Origin: an uncultured Oscillospiraceae bacterium
GTDB lineage: Bacteria; Bacillota; Clostridia; Oscillospirales; Oscillospiraceae
NCBI GenBank assembly: GCA_904419145.1
Contig: CAJFQQ010000007.1
Location: 481-64,480, forward strand
Length of the DNA: 64,000 bases
Reading direction: 5' to 3'
This document shows, one piece after another, positions 45,043 to 53,911 of the stretch. A model generated the notes under the pieces. That model did no database searches and was not told the origin of the DNA. It saw only the letters and a list, made by a program, of their open reading frames with translations. Every line of letters starts with the position of its first letter. Position 1 is the first letter of the stretch. The translations under genes and the position numbers were made by a program.

Positions 45043-45069
45043 GCCCGAAGCGCTCCCGGCGCTTCGGGC
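45043..45069 (+). other. stable GC hairpin without U-tract downstream of the esx pair
   Basis: GCCCGAAGCGC-TCCCG-GCGCTTCGGGC, an 11-bp perfect stem. Confidence 0.6.
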
Positions 45070-45180
45070 GCATTGGCGCTGTTTGGATACAACCGTCCCT
45101 TTCCGCCGGTCCTGTGTCAAGTTCTGCAGTCCCGGACAGGCTGAAAGGGATGGCTGCATCTGTATTTCAAGGCGGGGGAG

Positions 45181-45762
45181 GTGCGTTCTGCGTTGTTGCA
45201 GTTTCTACAGACCAATTGGTATTTTTGGGTGATCCCCCTGCTTTTGATCGTGGGCATACCCATCATTGCACGGCGGCGAAGGACAAGGCGGGAGTGGGAG
45301 GAGATGTCTCAGCGCAAACGGAGGGATGAGGCACTCAATGAGGCGCTGCGTAACCCGCACCTGGAGCGCGACAACAGCGGGCCTGAGCGGCCAATGGCGA
45401 TCAGCTGGGAGGATCGGGCTGTCAACGAGAAAAAGAAACGGGATAATTCTCCGCTGGTGGAGCTGGTGCTGCTGTCGGAGTATTCCCACAGGAAGTATGT
45501 CTACCGACTGGATCAGCCCATTCGGATTGGAAGCGGGGTGGACAACCAGATGGAACTCCACTGGGAGGGTGTGGCACCCCGGCACTGCGAGATTTTCCTC
45601 AACCAGGAGAAGCCCTGCGTCCGGAGCCTGATGGGCGCAGAGACGTGCCTGATAAGGGGGAAGGCCTCGGCTCCGGTAGGGAGTGGAGGCGTCTATCTAA
45701 ATAATGGGGACTATATCCGCCTGGGGGCGGCTGAGGTTCAGTTCCGCATGCTCAAGGGCTGA
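45181..45762 (+). CDS. single-TM protein with degenerate FHA domain
   Basis: 193 aa. The start is uncertain (GTG 45181 or TTG 45193/45196). TM segment WYFWVIPLLLIVGIPII. The C-terminal FHA-like fold (PIRIGSG...PRHCEI...YLNNGDYIRLG) lacks the canonical GR / SxxH / NG residues. Confidence 0.7.
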   Translation: MRSALLQFLQTNWYFWVIPLLLIVGIPIIARRRRTRREWEEMSQRKRRDEALNEALRNPHLERDNSGPERPMAISWEDRAVNEKKKRDNSPLVELVLLSEYSHRKYVYRLDQPIRIGSGVDNQMELHWEGVAPRHCEIFLNQEKPCVRSLMGAETCLIRGKASAPVGSGGVYLNNGDYIRLGAAEVQFRMLKG

Positions 45763-45839
45763 CCGCCGGATGGCTGACCGGGGCGGTGCCGGGGATACAC
45801 CGCAGAGAAAAGGGAACATCGGGGGGAGGATGGAACCGC

Positions 45840-48800
45840 ATGAGCATGGTACTTTCCATCTATAGTCAGAAGGGGTTTCGGGAGGTCACGCTGCCTGAGC
45901 GTGGGCAGCAGGCCCTGGAGGTACTGATTGAAAGGGAGCTCTTTGCATTGGATCAGGATCTCACGCTATCCTTGGCACAGGAGGATGGCCTGTGGGTGCT
46001 GCGTACCCAGGATGGCCTGCTGTCTATGTCCGGAGGGGAGCGGCCCGTTTCTGTCGCCATAACGGACGGCGCTCACTTCCAGGTGGAGACGCCGCAGGGC
46101 GGTCGGATCACCGTAATCAGTTTTGAACAGACCAATCCCTTCACGGTGTACCGCAAATATGCCCTGGCAGGCCTGCAGCAGATTAAAATTGGCCGGGGGA
46201 GCGGGAACGATATCTGTTATCAAAATGATTTCGTCTCCCATGAGCACTGTACCATTACCCTGCAGGGCGGCAGCGCCATACTGCACGATACTTCCAGCAA
46301 CGGCACATTCATTAACTTCCAGCGTGTGTCCGGCAGTACCGTGCTGCACTATGGCGACAGCATCCGAATTATGCGCCTTAATCTTATTTTCCTGGGCAAC
46401 ATGATTGCTATTGATGACTGTGACAACTTGACCATGAGGCTCCCGCAGCTTGGAAGCGAAGAAATTGCGCACCTCGCCGCGAATGCCCATGGGACAGGTT
46501 TGCGCCGGATCCTGTTCCACCGTTCACCGCGCAATCTCCGAAAGCTGCGTACGGAGGCCTTTGAAATCGAGGCGCCGCCTAGCCCTGCGGATCAGAAGGA
46601 GGCATCTCTGGCGATGGCCATCGGTCCGGCGCTGACGATGGCGATCCCCATGTTGTTGGGGAGCGGACTGTCTGTTCTGACCAGCCAGAGCGGTGGCGGA
46701 TTCATGTATGTGGGCCTGATTACAGCTGGTGCCTCGGCAATCATTGGCGCGGTGTGGGCGTTTGTCAATGTGCGCAGCGCCAGCAAGGCCCGTAAGCAGG
46801 AGGAGAATCGCCGCTTCGAGCGCTACAGCGAGTATCTCATCCAGATGCGCGACAGCATAGAAGCGGATTACAATAAAAATGCGGAGTCCCTGCGAGAACG
46901 GTATCTCAGTGCGGGGGAGTGCTGTGCCTTGAATGAGCATTCCCCTCTTCTGTGGAACCGGAATGACTCCTATGATGATTTCCTCAGTGTTCGGATCGGA
47001 ATAGGCGATGTGCCTTTTCAGGCACCTATCAATATCCCCAGGGAGCGGTTTACTCTGGTCAGCGACTCTCTGGCAGACAAACCCAAGGTGATCCGGGACA
47101 ACTTCAGCACACTGAAGGACGTCCCAGTGACAGTGGACCTTTTGACGCGCCGGCTGGTCGGACTTGCGGGCGGAGGCAGCAGGAAGAACGCTATCGCTGT
47201 TGCAAAGGCGATGATTGCTCAGATTGCCGTGGCCAACAGCTACACAGATGTCAAGATTGCTGTAGTTTATGATGGGACCAGCGATATCGACCGCGAGGCA
47301 TGGAAGTTTGCCCTGTGGCTGCCCCACGTCTGGTCCAGCGACAAGAAGATCCGGTATATTGCAACCACCCCATCCGAGAGGGCGGATGTGTTCCATGCGC
47401 TGGCACAGGTCCTGCGAAACCGCAGCGAGGAGGACGAGAAGGAGGGGCGGAACATCAAGCCGCGCTTTGTCCTGTTTGTCTCCAATCCGGCTCTGTTGGA
47501 CGGAGAGGGTGTGTCCCGCTATGTGTTTGGCCGGGAAATGGATCTTGGGCTCTCCACAATCCTGCTGGCATCCCGGCCGGAGGAGCTGCCCAATGAGTGT
47601 GAATATATTGTAGAGGACAGCGGCAATTATCAGGGGATCTATGATACCAGAGAGGGCCGCGATGCTGGAACATTGGTGAAGTATGACCGGGTTTCTGATG
47701 AGCTGCTCTGGACACTTTCCAAAAATTTGAGCCGGGTTGAGGTAGTGGAGGCGGAGCAGGATGGAGAGATTCCCAGCACGCTGACCTTTTTTGACATGTT
47801 CGGTGTAGAGCGCCCACAGGAGCTGGAAGCTGCGGAGCGCTGGAAAAAAGCGGATACCATTACCAGCATGAAGGCGCTGGTAGGATTTCGCAGCGGGAAT
47901 ACCCCGTGCTATCTGGACATCCATGAGCGTTACCATGGTCCCCACGGTTTGGTGGCAGGCACCACGGGCTCCGGAAAATCGGAGACCCTGCAGACCTATA
48001 TTCTTTCCCTGGCGGTGAATTTCAGCCCTGAGGATGTAGGTTTCTTTATCATTGACTACAAGGGCGGCGGCATGGCCAATTTGTTTGACGGTTTGCCCCA
48101 CATGATCGGCTCCATCTCCAACCTCTCTGGAAACCAGGTCAAACGGGCTATGGTATCCATTCAGGCAGAGAACCGACGCCGTCAGCGGATCTTCGCGGAC
48201 TATGGGGTCAACAATATCAACGGTTATACAGCCCTCTACAAAAACGGAGACACTTCCGAGCCGATCCCCCACCTGTTTATTATCATTGATGAGTTTGCTG
48301 AGCTCAAGCGGGAGGAATCGGAGTTCATGAAGGAGCTCATCAGCGTGGCTCAGGTAGGGCGCAGTCTGGGGGTTCATCTGATCCTCTCCACCCAGCGCCC
48401 CTCGGGCACAGTAGACGAGAATATCTGGGCCAACAGCAAGTTCCGCCTGTGTCTGCGGGTGCAGGACCGCCAGGACTCCATGGATATGCTCCACCGCCCG
48501 GAGGCGGCCTATCTGACTCAGGCTGGCCGCTGCTATCTCCAGGTGGGCAACGATGAAATCTTTGAGCTGTTCCAGAGCGGCTGGTCCGGCGCCACCTATG
48601 ACGAGGAGCTGGGCGGAGGAAGCCTGCTGATTGCCCAGATGCTCAGTGCGACCGGCAAAGTGGATCTGGCGGGGAACCACGCGAAGATCAAGCGGAAGGA
48701 GGAGATCAAACGGCGGTGGGTGACGCAGCTGGTGAATATCCTCCAGCAGACAGAGGAGGAAACAGGGATCTCTGCTCTGGCCTCAGGATTCCACTTCGAA

Positions 48801-50804
48801 GAGACCTGGCCCTTCCGGGAGCGCTTTTATCAGCATCTGCAGGCGCTGCAGCCGGATCTTGAGGATAACCAGTTCAATACAGCCCGGATCGCTGATTTCT
48901 GCGCGCTCTATCGGGAGCTGGCGGGAACAGCGGACAGCCGGCAGCTGGCAGAACAGCTGGTTTACAGGGCGGCACGGGAAGGAAAGCGCCTGCCGGAGCC
49001 CAAATCGAGGACGCAGCTGGAGGTTACAGTTGAATATTTGAAGGCCGAGGCGGAGAAGGCGGGAGTTGGCGCAATGCGGAAGCTTTGGCTGCCGGTATTG
49101 CCCAGTGTACTTTATCTGGACGCACTGGATGTGTTTGTACGCGCTGCCTTTGATGGGCAGAAATGGCAGGAAAAACCCCGCCGCTTCCAGCTCAATGCCA
49201 TCATTGGGATGGTGGACGACCCGGAGAATCAGGCCCAGATGCCGGTGTCCATGGATTTTGCCAATGGTGGCCACCACATGGTGATCGGTACGGTCTCCAC
49301 GGGCAAGTCCACCCTGCTGCAGACGGTCGTCTATTCCCTGGCCGCCTGCTACCCGCCGGATCTGTTGAATATCTATTGCCTGGATTTCAGCGCAAAGATG
49401 CTGTCCGTGTTCAATGGCCTCAAGCATGTTGGGGGATATCTGGACGAGTCGGATCTGGAAACCGACCATGTCGACAAATTCTTCACCATGATAGCCCACA
49501 TTCTGGATGAGCGGAAGGCCCGCTTTGCCGGCACCGGGTTTGAGGATGCCGTGAACCACGATGGGTGGGATACACCGGCGATCCTTATTGTCATCGACAA
49601 CTACGGCAGTTTCCACGAAAAAACCGGGGAAACCTATGAGGCGATTATGACCCGAATCGCTAAGGAGGGCATCGGATACGGCGTGTTCCTCCTGGTATCA
49701 GCAGGCGGCATCGGTATGCAGGAGCTGCCTAGCCGGCTGGCGGAAAACTTCCGGACAGGAGTGGCCCTGGAACTGCCGGATCCCTTCGCCTATGCGGATG
49801 TGCTGCGTGTTGTCCGGCCTCCGGTTCTGCCGGAGAGCAAGGTCAAGGGCCGCGGCCTGATCTACTATGGAGACCGGGTTCTGGAATTCCAGACAGCTTT
49901 GGCCGCCCATGCAGAGGGAGGACCGGAGCGAAACGACCTGCTGAAGGCCGCTGTGGCAGAAATGAACGCTGCCTATTCCGGGCCCCGCGCCCGGGCAATC
50001 CCCAGCATTCCTGCCAATCCCCATCGCACCGACTTTACGGCGCTGCCTGAGTATCAGCAAGCAATTGCGGATCCTGCACGGATGCCGGTAGGCTATGACT
50101 ATGAGTATGCGGACCCGTTTTCCTTTGATTTGACGGCCAATTACGTCTATTTGATTACCGGAACAAAGCAGAGTGGAAAATCGGTGCTGATGGAAAATCT
50201 CATGCTGAACGCTATGGATAAGGGTGACGAGGTTGTGATCCTGGAAGTGGGTGACAGCCGGTTTGCTCAGATTGCGCAGGAACATCAGCTGCTCCGCTGT
50301 ACAGATGGCCAGAGCGTATACGATTTCCTGGCGCGTATCCACGGGGAACTGCTCCAGCGGGCTGTTATCAAAAAAGCGTGTATGGATGCGCGGCAGTCCG
50401 ATCTGGAGATGTTTACAGCGGCGCTGGAGAACCGGCGGATCAATATTTTTATTGGTAATCTGCTGGCGCTGATAGAGGAACTGTACAGCTCCGAGTCCCC
50501 CGCATTCAATGCCCAGGGGCTGTTTGAGACCCTCTGTGAACGCGGCAAGGGATATAATATTTTCCTCTATGCCGAGGTAAGTGACCGGGATGAAGCAGAA
50601 TTGATGGGGTATACCTGCTTCGAGAGCATGCGCGGTTACCGTTCAGGAATCCGCTTCGGTGGCAGATTCAGCGAACAAAAGCTGTTCTCTTTTGAAAATG
50701 TAAATTACCTGGAGCAGGATCGGTCTATGAAAGCCGGGATCGGCATGATCCCAAGCGAGAATCGGGATGACCGGCAGGTCAAGGTGGTTGTACCCATGAG
50801 CTGA
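45840..50804 (+). CDS. essC: T7SS FtsK/SpoIIIE-family ATPase EssC/YukB-like
   Basis: 1654 aa from ATG 45840 (GGAGGA SD). The N-terminal FHA domain carries GR, SHEH and SSNGT. Two TM segments. Three P-loops: GTTGSGKSE, GTVSTGKST, GTKQSGKSV. Confidence 0.9.
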   Translation: MSMVLSIYSQKGFREVTLPERGQQALEVLIERELFALDQDLTLSLAQEDGLWVLRTQDGLLSMSGGERPVSVAITDGAHFQVETPQGGRITVISFEQTNPFTVYRKYALAGLQQIKIGRGSGNDICYQNDFVSHEHCTITLQGGSAILHDTSSNGTFINFQRVSGSTVLHYGDSIRIMRLNLIFLGNMIAIDDCDNLTMRLPQLGSEEIAHLAANAHGTGLRRILFHRSPRNLRKLRTEAFEIEAPPSPADQKEASLAMAIGPALTMAIPMLLGSGLSVLTSQSGGGFMYVGLITAGASAIIGAVWAFVNVRSASKARKQEENRRFERYSEYLIQMRDSIEADYNKNAESLRERYLSAGECCALNEHSPLLWNRNDSYDDFLSVRIGIGDVPFQAPINIPRERFTLVSDSLADKPKVIRDNFSTLKDVPVTVDLLTRRLVGLAGGGSRKNAIAVAKAMIAQIAVANSYTDVKIAVVYDGTSDIDREAWKFALWLPHVWSSDKKIRYIATTPSERADVFHALAQVLRNRSEEDEKEGRNIKPRFVLFVSNPALLDGEGVSRYVFGREMDLGLSTILLASRPEELPNECEYIVEDSGNYQGIYDTREGRDAGTLVKYDRVSDELLWTLSKNLSRVEVVEAEQDGEIPSTLTFFDMFGVERPQELEAAERWKKADTITSMKALVGFRSGNTPCYLDIHERYHGPHGLVAGTTGSGKSETLQTYILSLAVNFSPEDVGFFIIDYKGGGMANLFDGLPHMIGSISNLSGNQVKRAMVSIQAENRRRQRIFADYGVNNINGYTALYKNGDTSEPIPHLFIIIDEFAELKREESEFMKELISVAQVGRSLGVHLILSTQRPSGTVDENIWANSKFRLCLRVQDRQDSMDMLHRPEAAYLTQAGRCYLQVGNDEIFELFQSGWSGATYDEELGGGSLLIAQMLSATGKVDLAGNHAKIKRKEEIKRRWVTQLVNILQQTEEETGISALASGFHFEETWPFRERFYQHLQALQPDLEDNQFNTARIADFCALYRELAGTADSRQLAEQLVYRAAREGKRLPEPKSRTQLEVTVEYLKAEAEKAGVGAMRKLWLPVLPSVLYLDALDVFVRAAFDGQKWQEKPRRFQLNAIIGMVDDPENQAQMPVSMDFANGGHHMVIGTVSTGKSTLLQTVVYSLAACYPPDLLNIYCLDFSAKMLSVFNGLKHVGGYLDESDLETDHVDKFFTMIAHILDERKARFAGTGFEDAVNHDGWDTPAILIVIDNYGSFHEKTGETYEAIMTRIAKEGIGYGVFLLVSAGGIGMQELPSRLAENFRTGVALELPDPFAYADVLRVVRPPVLPESKVKGRGLIYYGDRVLEFQTALAAHAEGGPERNDLLKAAVAEMNAAYSGPRARAIPSIPANPHRTDFTALPEYQQAIADPARMPVGYDYEYADPFSFDLTANYVYLITGTKQSGKSVLMENLMLNAMDKGDEVVILEVGDSRFAQIAQEHQLLRCTDGQSVYDFLARIHGELLQRAVIKKACMDARQSDLEMFTAALENRRINIFIGNLLALIEELYSSESPAFNAQGLFETLCERGKGYNIFLYAEVSDRDEAELMGYTCFESMRGYRSGIRFGGRFSEQKLFSFENVNYLEQDRSMKAGIGMIPSENRDDRQVKVVVPMS

Positions 50805-50820
50805 TGGAAAGGCGGAGGCA

Positions 50821-51537
50821 ATGATTGCGATTCTTGTCTGTGACAGAGATGAGCGGGAGCGGGAAACGATTGGCACAGACTGCCGCAGGCGCATTGCGGT
50901 GGGCTGCGACGAGGCGCTGGAACTCACCGGCGCATCGGATGACGCGGAGCTCCTTTTGGTTGCGGAAGACGAGCGCTTGGTTCATCTGTTATACTATGAT
51001 TACCAGGCTGGCCAGCAAATGGAGGGACTGCGCCTGTTCCGCAGACGCTGCAGCGGCGCAATGGTTATGCTGATTACCGATGCTTCGGTTTCCCCACTGG
51101 AATATTTGCGCCCCGGAACAGCCCCTGATGCGCTGTTGCTGCGGCCGCTGAACGAGGAAATGTTAGATGCGGTCAATGGGGAGTTCATGGACAGTTTCTT
51201 CCAGCGGTTTCATGGCGGGAAAGCCGACGACAGCTTTGTGGTGGACACCCGGGAGGAAAAGGTGTTTCTTCCCTATTCCCAGATCTACTACTTTGAGGCC
51301 CGGGATAAAAAGCTGTTTGTCCGCACAAAAAATGAAGAGTACGCCTTCTATGATACCATAGAGGGATTGGAGCGTCGGCTCCCAAGCGCTTTCCGCCGCT
51401 GTCACCGGAGCTATATTGTCAATACAGAAAAAATCCAGCGGATCCTTTCGGCGGAAAATTTTATCGACCTGGGGAACCAGATCGGAGCCCCGATATCCAG
51501 AAGCTATAAAGGGGCATTCAAGGGAGTGGGGACATGA
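50821..51537 (+). CDS. receiver-like domain + LytTR DNA-binding domain regulator (orphan)
   Basis: 238 aa. The C-terminal LPYSQIYYFEARDKKLFVRTKNEEYAFYDTIEGLERRLP..FRRCHRSYIVN is a LytTR domain. The N-terminus has a CheY-like pattern (ILVCDRDE, YYDY, LITDAS, LLLRPL). Confidence 0.8.
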   Translation: MIAILVCDRDERERETIGTDCRRRIAVGCDEALELTGASDDAELLLVAEDERLVHLLYYDYQAGQQMEGLRLFRRRCSGAMVMLITDASVSPLEYLRPGTAPDALLLRPLNEEMLDAVNGEFMDSFFQRFHGGKADDSFVVDTREEKVFLPYSQIYYFEARDKKLFVRTKNEEYAFYDTIEGLERRLPSAFRRCHRSYIVNTEKIQRILSAENFIDLGNQIGAPISRSYKGAFKGVGT

Positions 51538-52196
51538 GAGCGGGCGAGCTGATGTATTTTACACCGGCGGAGCTTATTGTGATGATGGAGCTGGCCGACG
51601 GCGGGGCGTACTCCATGATCCGGTGGGATGCGCAGCCGGATGACATCGGCCTGGTGCAGGCACTGGCCAGTCTGTTTCAGCGGGGATTGATCCTCCGGGA
51701 AGGGGATAGATTGGCGCTGAGCGCGAAGGGGCGACCCTTTTCCGGCATGAAACAGGCCGGCACCGCACTGCTGCTGTCCGCCATGCCGTCAGGGCGAGTG
51801 GTTGTGTGCTATGTAGGGAAAGACGCGATTTGGCTGGTGGAGCCGGTGGATGAGGTTCTCACCCAGCGGTTTCGGCTGCAGCAGATAGAACGGGCAGCGA
51901 TCCGCGATTGGCTGACAGAGGCGGAATTTCTGGAATTCCCTCTCCTACACGACGCGGATGCCGCCGAACTAAGCCGACTGTTCGAGGATGAGCTCAGTGA
52001 GCCATCCGGTAGTGTGCACCTCCGCTTGGAGCGGTATGTCAACGGTGGCCCTCTGCTGTGCACATATGAGGTGACGGAAGGACGGGGCGGACGTCTGGTG
52101 ACCCGTCGGGACGACCAGGGCTGCGCCGCGGAAATTTACACGGATGAGGCGCTGTCGCGGATGCTGACGGAATGTTTTGGGGAGGAGCCGATATGA
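51534..52196 (+). CDS. hypothetical protein (T7SS-locus specific, no family recognised)
   Basis: 220 aa. ATGA-coupled to both neighbours. Soluble and acidic. Confidence 0.5.
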   Translation: MRAGELMYFTPAELIVMMELADGGAYSMIRWDAQPDDIGLVQALASLFQRGLILREGDRLALSAKGRPFSGMKQAGTALLLSAMPSGRVVVCYVGKDAIWLVEPVDEVLTQRFRLQQIERAAIRDWLTEAEFLEFPLLHDADAAELSRLFEDELSEPSGSVHLRLERYVNGGPLLCTYEVTEGRGGRLVTRRDDQGCAAEIYTDEALSRMLTECFGEEPI

Positions 52197-52441
52197 TTAT
52201 TGTCAATATTCATGCCCCCGCACTGGAAACGGTATATAATTTCTCTCTGGAGGAGACGGCAAAAATCGGCGATCTAATGGAGGAAATCGTGGAATTGATT
52301 GCCCAAAAGGAACATGTCCCCTTTGGCGGGGGCCTGGAGGAGATGGTACTGTGCTCAGTGGAGAACGGGGAGCAGTTTGATAAAAGCCGCTGCCTGGCTG
52401 ACTACGGTATTTCTGGTGGTGCGGAACTGATTTTGGTTTAG
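52193..52441 (+). CDS. yukD: YukD/EsaB-like ubiquitin-fold T7SS protein
   Basis: 82 aa from ATG 52193 (GGGGAGGAG SD). The C-terminus QFDKSRCLADYGISGGAELILV parallels the B. subtilis YukD end (...CKLSDCGITNGDRLEIL). Confidence 0.75.
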   Translation: MIIVNIHAPALETVYNFSLEETAKIGDLMEEIVELIAQKEHVPFGGGLEEMVLCSVENGEQFDKSRCLADYGISGGAELILV

Positions 52442-52566
52442 CCCTGGTGTGGGGCGCAGATATCTGTGACAGGTGTCATTCATCCTATTAACGGTGCGGT
52501 TCGTCGCAAAGGCGGATCCCATCTGGCACACCATGTTACCATAAGAATGTCAAAGGAGAATGTGCC

Positions 52567-52932
52567 ATGCAGATCATAGTCAATACAGGAAAAGCGAATA
52601 TTGCCAGTGCGGATCTGCTGGCCCTCTCCCGCACGATCCGCAATTTGCGGGAGGAGGTTGAGGATGTGCGCCGTCAGCTTCGGCAGCATACGCAGCTGGA
52701 TAGCTGCCGGGCAGAGCTGCGCAAGCAGGAGGAGGCACTGTCACTGCTCACAGCAAGGCTGGTCAATTTGTCTTCGGCTTTGCGTCAGATATCCGATGCC
52801 TACAGCCGGGCAGAGCGTCAAAATGTGGATCGGCTGGAGGAGGAAGGTGCTCATCACCAAGCTGCCGGTGTGACCATATATGAGGCGGGCAGCTATTATC
52901 GGGACAAGATCCATCAAATTTTATATCAATAG
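52567..52932 (+). CDS. helical-hairpin protein, WXG100-superfamily-like without WXG
   Basis: 121 aa with predicted coiled helices. It contains AYSRAERQN (a YxxxE motif). AAAGGAG SD. Confidence 0.5.
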   Translation: MQIIVNTGKANIASADLLALSRTIRNLREEVEDVRRQLRQHTQLDSCRAELRKQEEALSLLTARLVNLSSALRQISDAYSRAERQNVDRLEEEGAHHQAAGVTIYEAGSYYRDKIHQILYQ

Positions 52933-52948
52933 AGGGAGGACAATTCAG

Positions 52949-53254
52949 ATGGCCGGCAGAATCATAGAGGTGAATACCAGCACCTTGCGTTCGGATGTTT
53001 CCGCTATTGAGGAGGAGATCAGCGGCATTAACAGGGGGGCGGATCGGCTGGCACAGGCTCTGCGGGAACTGGAGAGTATGTGGGATGGGAATGCCAAGCA
53101 GGCATTTTCCGCGGCGGTCAATGATGATATTCGCCGTCTGCGGGAGCTGGCCAAAGCCCTTGCGCAGTTTACCGAGAAAACAAGCGAAGCCCGCCGGGAG
53201 TATGATACATGTGAAACTGCGGTTTCCCAGATTGTTTCATCAATTCGGGTATAG
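52949..53254 (+). CDS. WXG100 family protein (W-D-G), paralogue of 44324-44620
   Basis: 101 aa from ATG 52949. SMWDGNAKQAF..NDD is shared with SMWEGDAQKAF..NDD. C-terminal REYDTCE. Confidence 0.8.
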   Translation: MAGRIIEVNTSTLRSDVSAIEEEISGINRGADRLAQALRELESMWDGNAKQAFSAAVNDDIRRLRELAKALAQFTEKTSEARREYDTCETAVSQIVSSIRV

Positions 53255-53265
53255 GAGGAGAAGTT

Positions 53266-53583
53266 ATGGCAGATATGGTATTGCGTGTAACGCCTGAAAC
53301 GCTGGAACGGAAGGCAAGTGAATTCACTGATATAGTCCGTGACATCCAGCAGCGCTTTGACAAGATTGCAACCATCTCTTCCAAGACAAAGGGATACTGG
53401 CAGGGGGAAGCAGGTGACCAGGACCGTACCGGATATGCCTCCTATCAAGACGATATCGCCTTTATCCTCCGCCGCCTGCAGGAGCATCCGACGGATCTGC
53501 TGTCTATGGCGGGAATCTATCGGGAGGCGGAGCGCGACGTAGCCAGCACCAATGCGGCGTTGAAGACCGATCAGATTGTATAG
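53266..53583 (+). CDS. WXG100 family protein (W-Q-G), paralogue of 44696-45010
   Basis: 105 aa. LRVTPETL, GYWQGEAGD, IYREAERD, ends ALKTDQIV. Confidence 0.85.
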   Translation: MADMVLRVTPETLERKASEFTDIVRDIQQRFDKIATISSKTKGYWQGEAGDQDRTGYASYQDDIAFILRRLQEHPTDLLSMAGIYREAERDVASTNAALKTDQIV

Positions 53584-53599
53584 GGAGGGACGTGGTGTC

Positions 53600-53911
53600 A
53601 TGGCAAGTTTATCGGAAATCTATTTTAACTATAACCAGGCCATGGAGCAGGCCAAACAGCTGGATGAGATTGCCGTACGGCTGACCAATGCAGCCAACAA
53701 GGACATGGAGGATCTCTTAAACGATGTAAACAGCGCATGGAAAAGCGACAGCGCCCCACAGTACATTCGAAAGGGCCGAAAAGTCGGAGACGACATGCGG
53801 ACCACGTCGGGGAACCTCAAAAACATTGCCGCAGCGATCCGCACCATTGCCAAGCGGATTCTGGAGGCGGAGCTTGAGGCGTGGAGGATTGCAAATGAGC
53901 GCAGGAGCTGA
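53600..53911 (+). CDS. WXG100-like small helical protein (degenerate motif W-K-S)
   Basis: 103 aa from ATG 53600 (GGGAGGGA SD). SAWKSDSAPQY lies at the hairpin turn. No YxxxE. Confidence 0.55.
   Translation: MASLSEIYFNYNQAMEQAKQLDEIAVRLTNAANKDMEDLLNDVNSAWKSDSAPQYIRKGRKVGDDMRTTSGNLKNIAAAIRTIAKRILEAELEAWRIANERRS

Noticed and set aside
46524-48680. 718-aa minus-strand ORF inside essC.
   Set aside because: It is antisense to a frame with three FtsK-type P-loops. It has no recognisable domain and a composition typical of shadow frames.
51534-52196. Considered calling the 220-aa protein EssB/YukC-like, or the TM-FHA protein EssA-like, to complete a canonical T7SSb set.
   Set aside because: The 220-aa protein has no TM segment and no kinase-like motifs. 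The TM-FHA protein has an FHA-type C-terminus, unlike EssA. Assigning these names would be unsupported, so both are left as unknown or novel partners.
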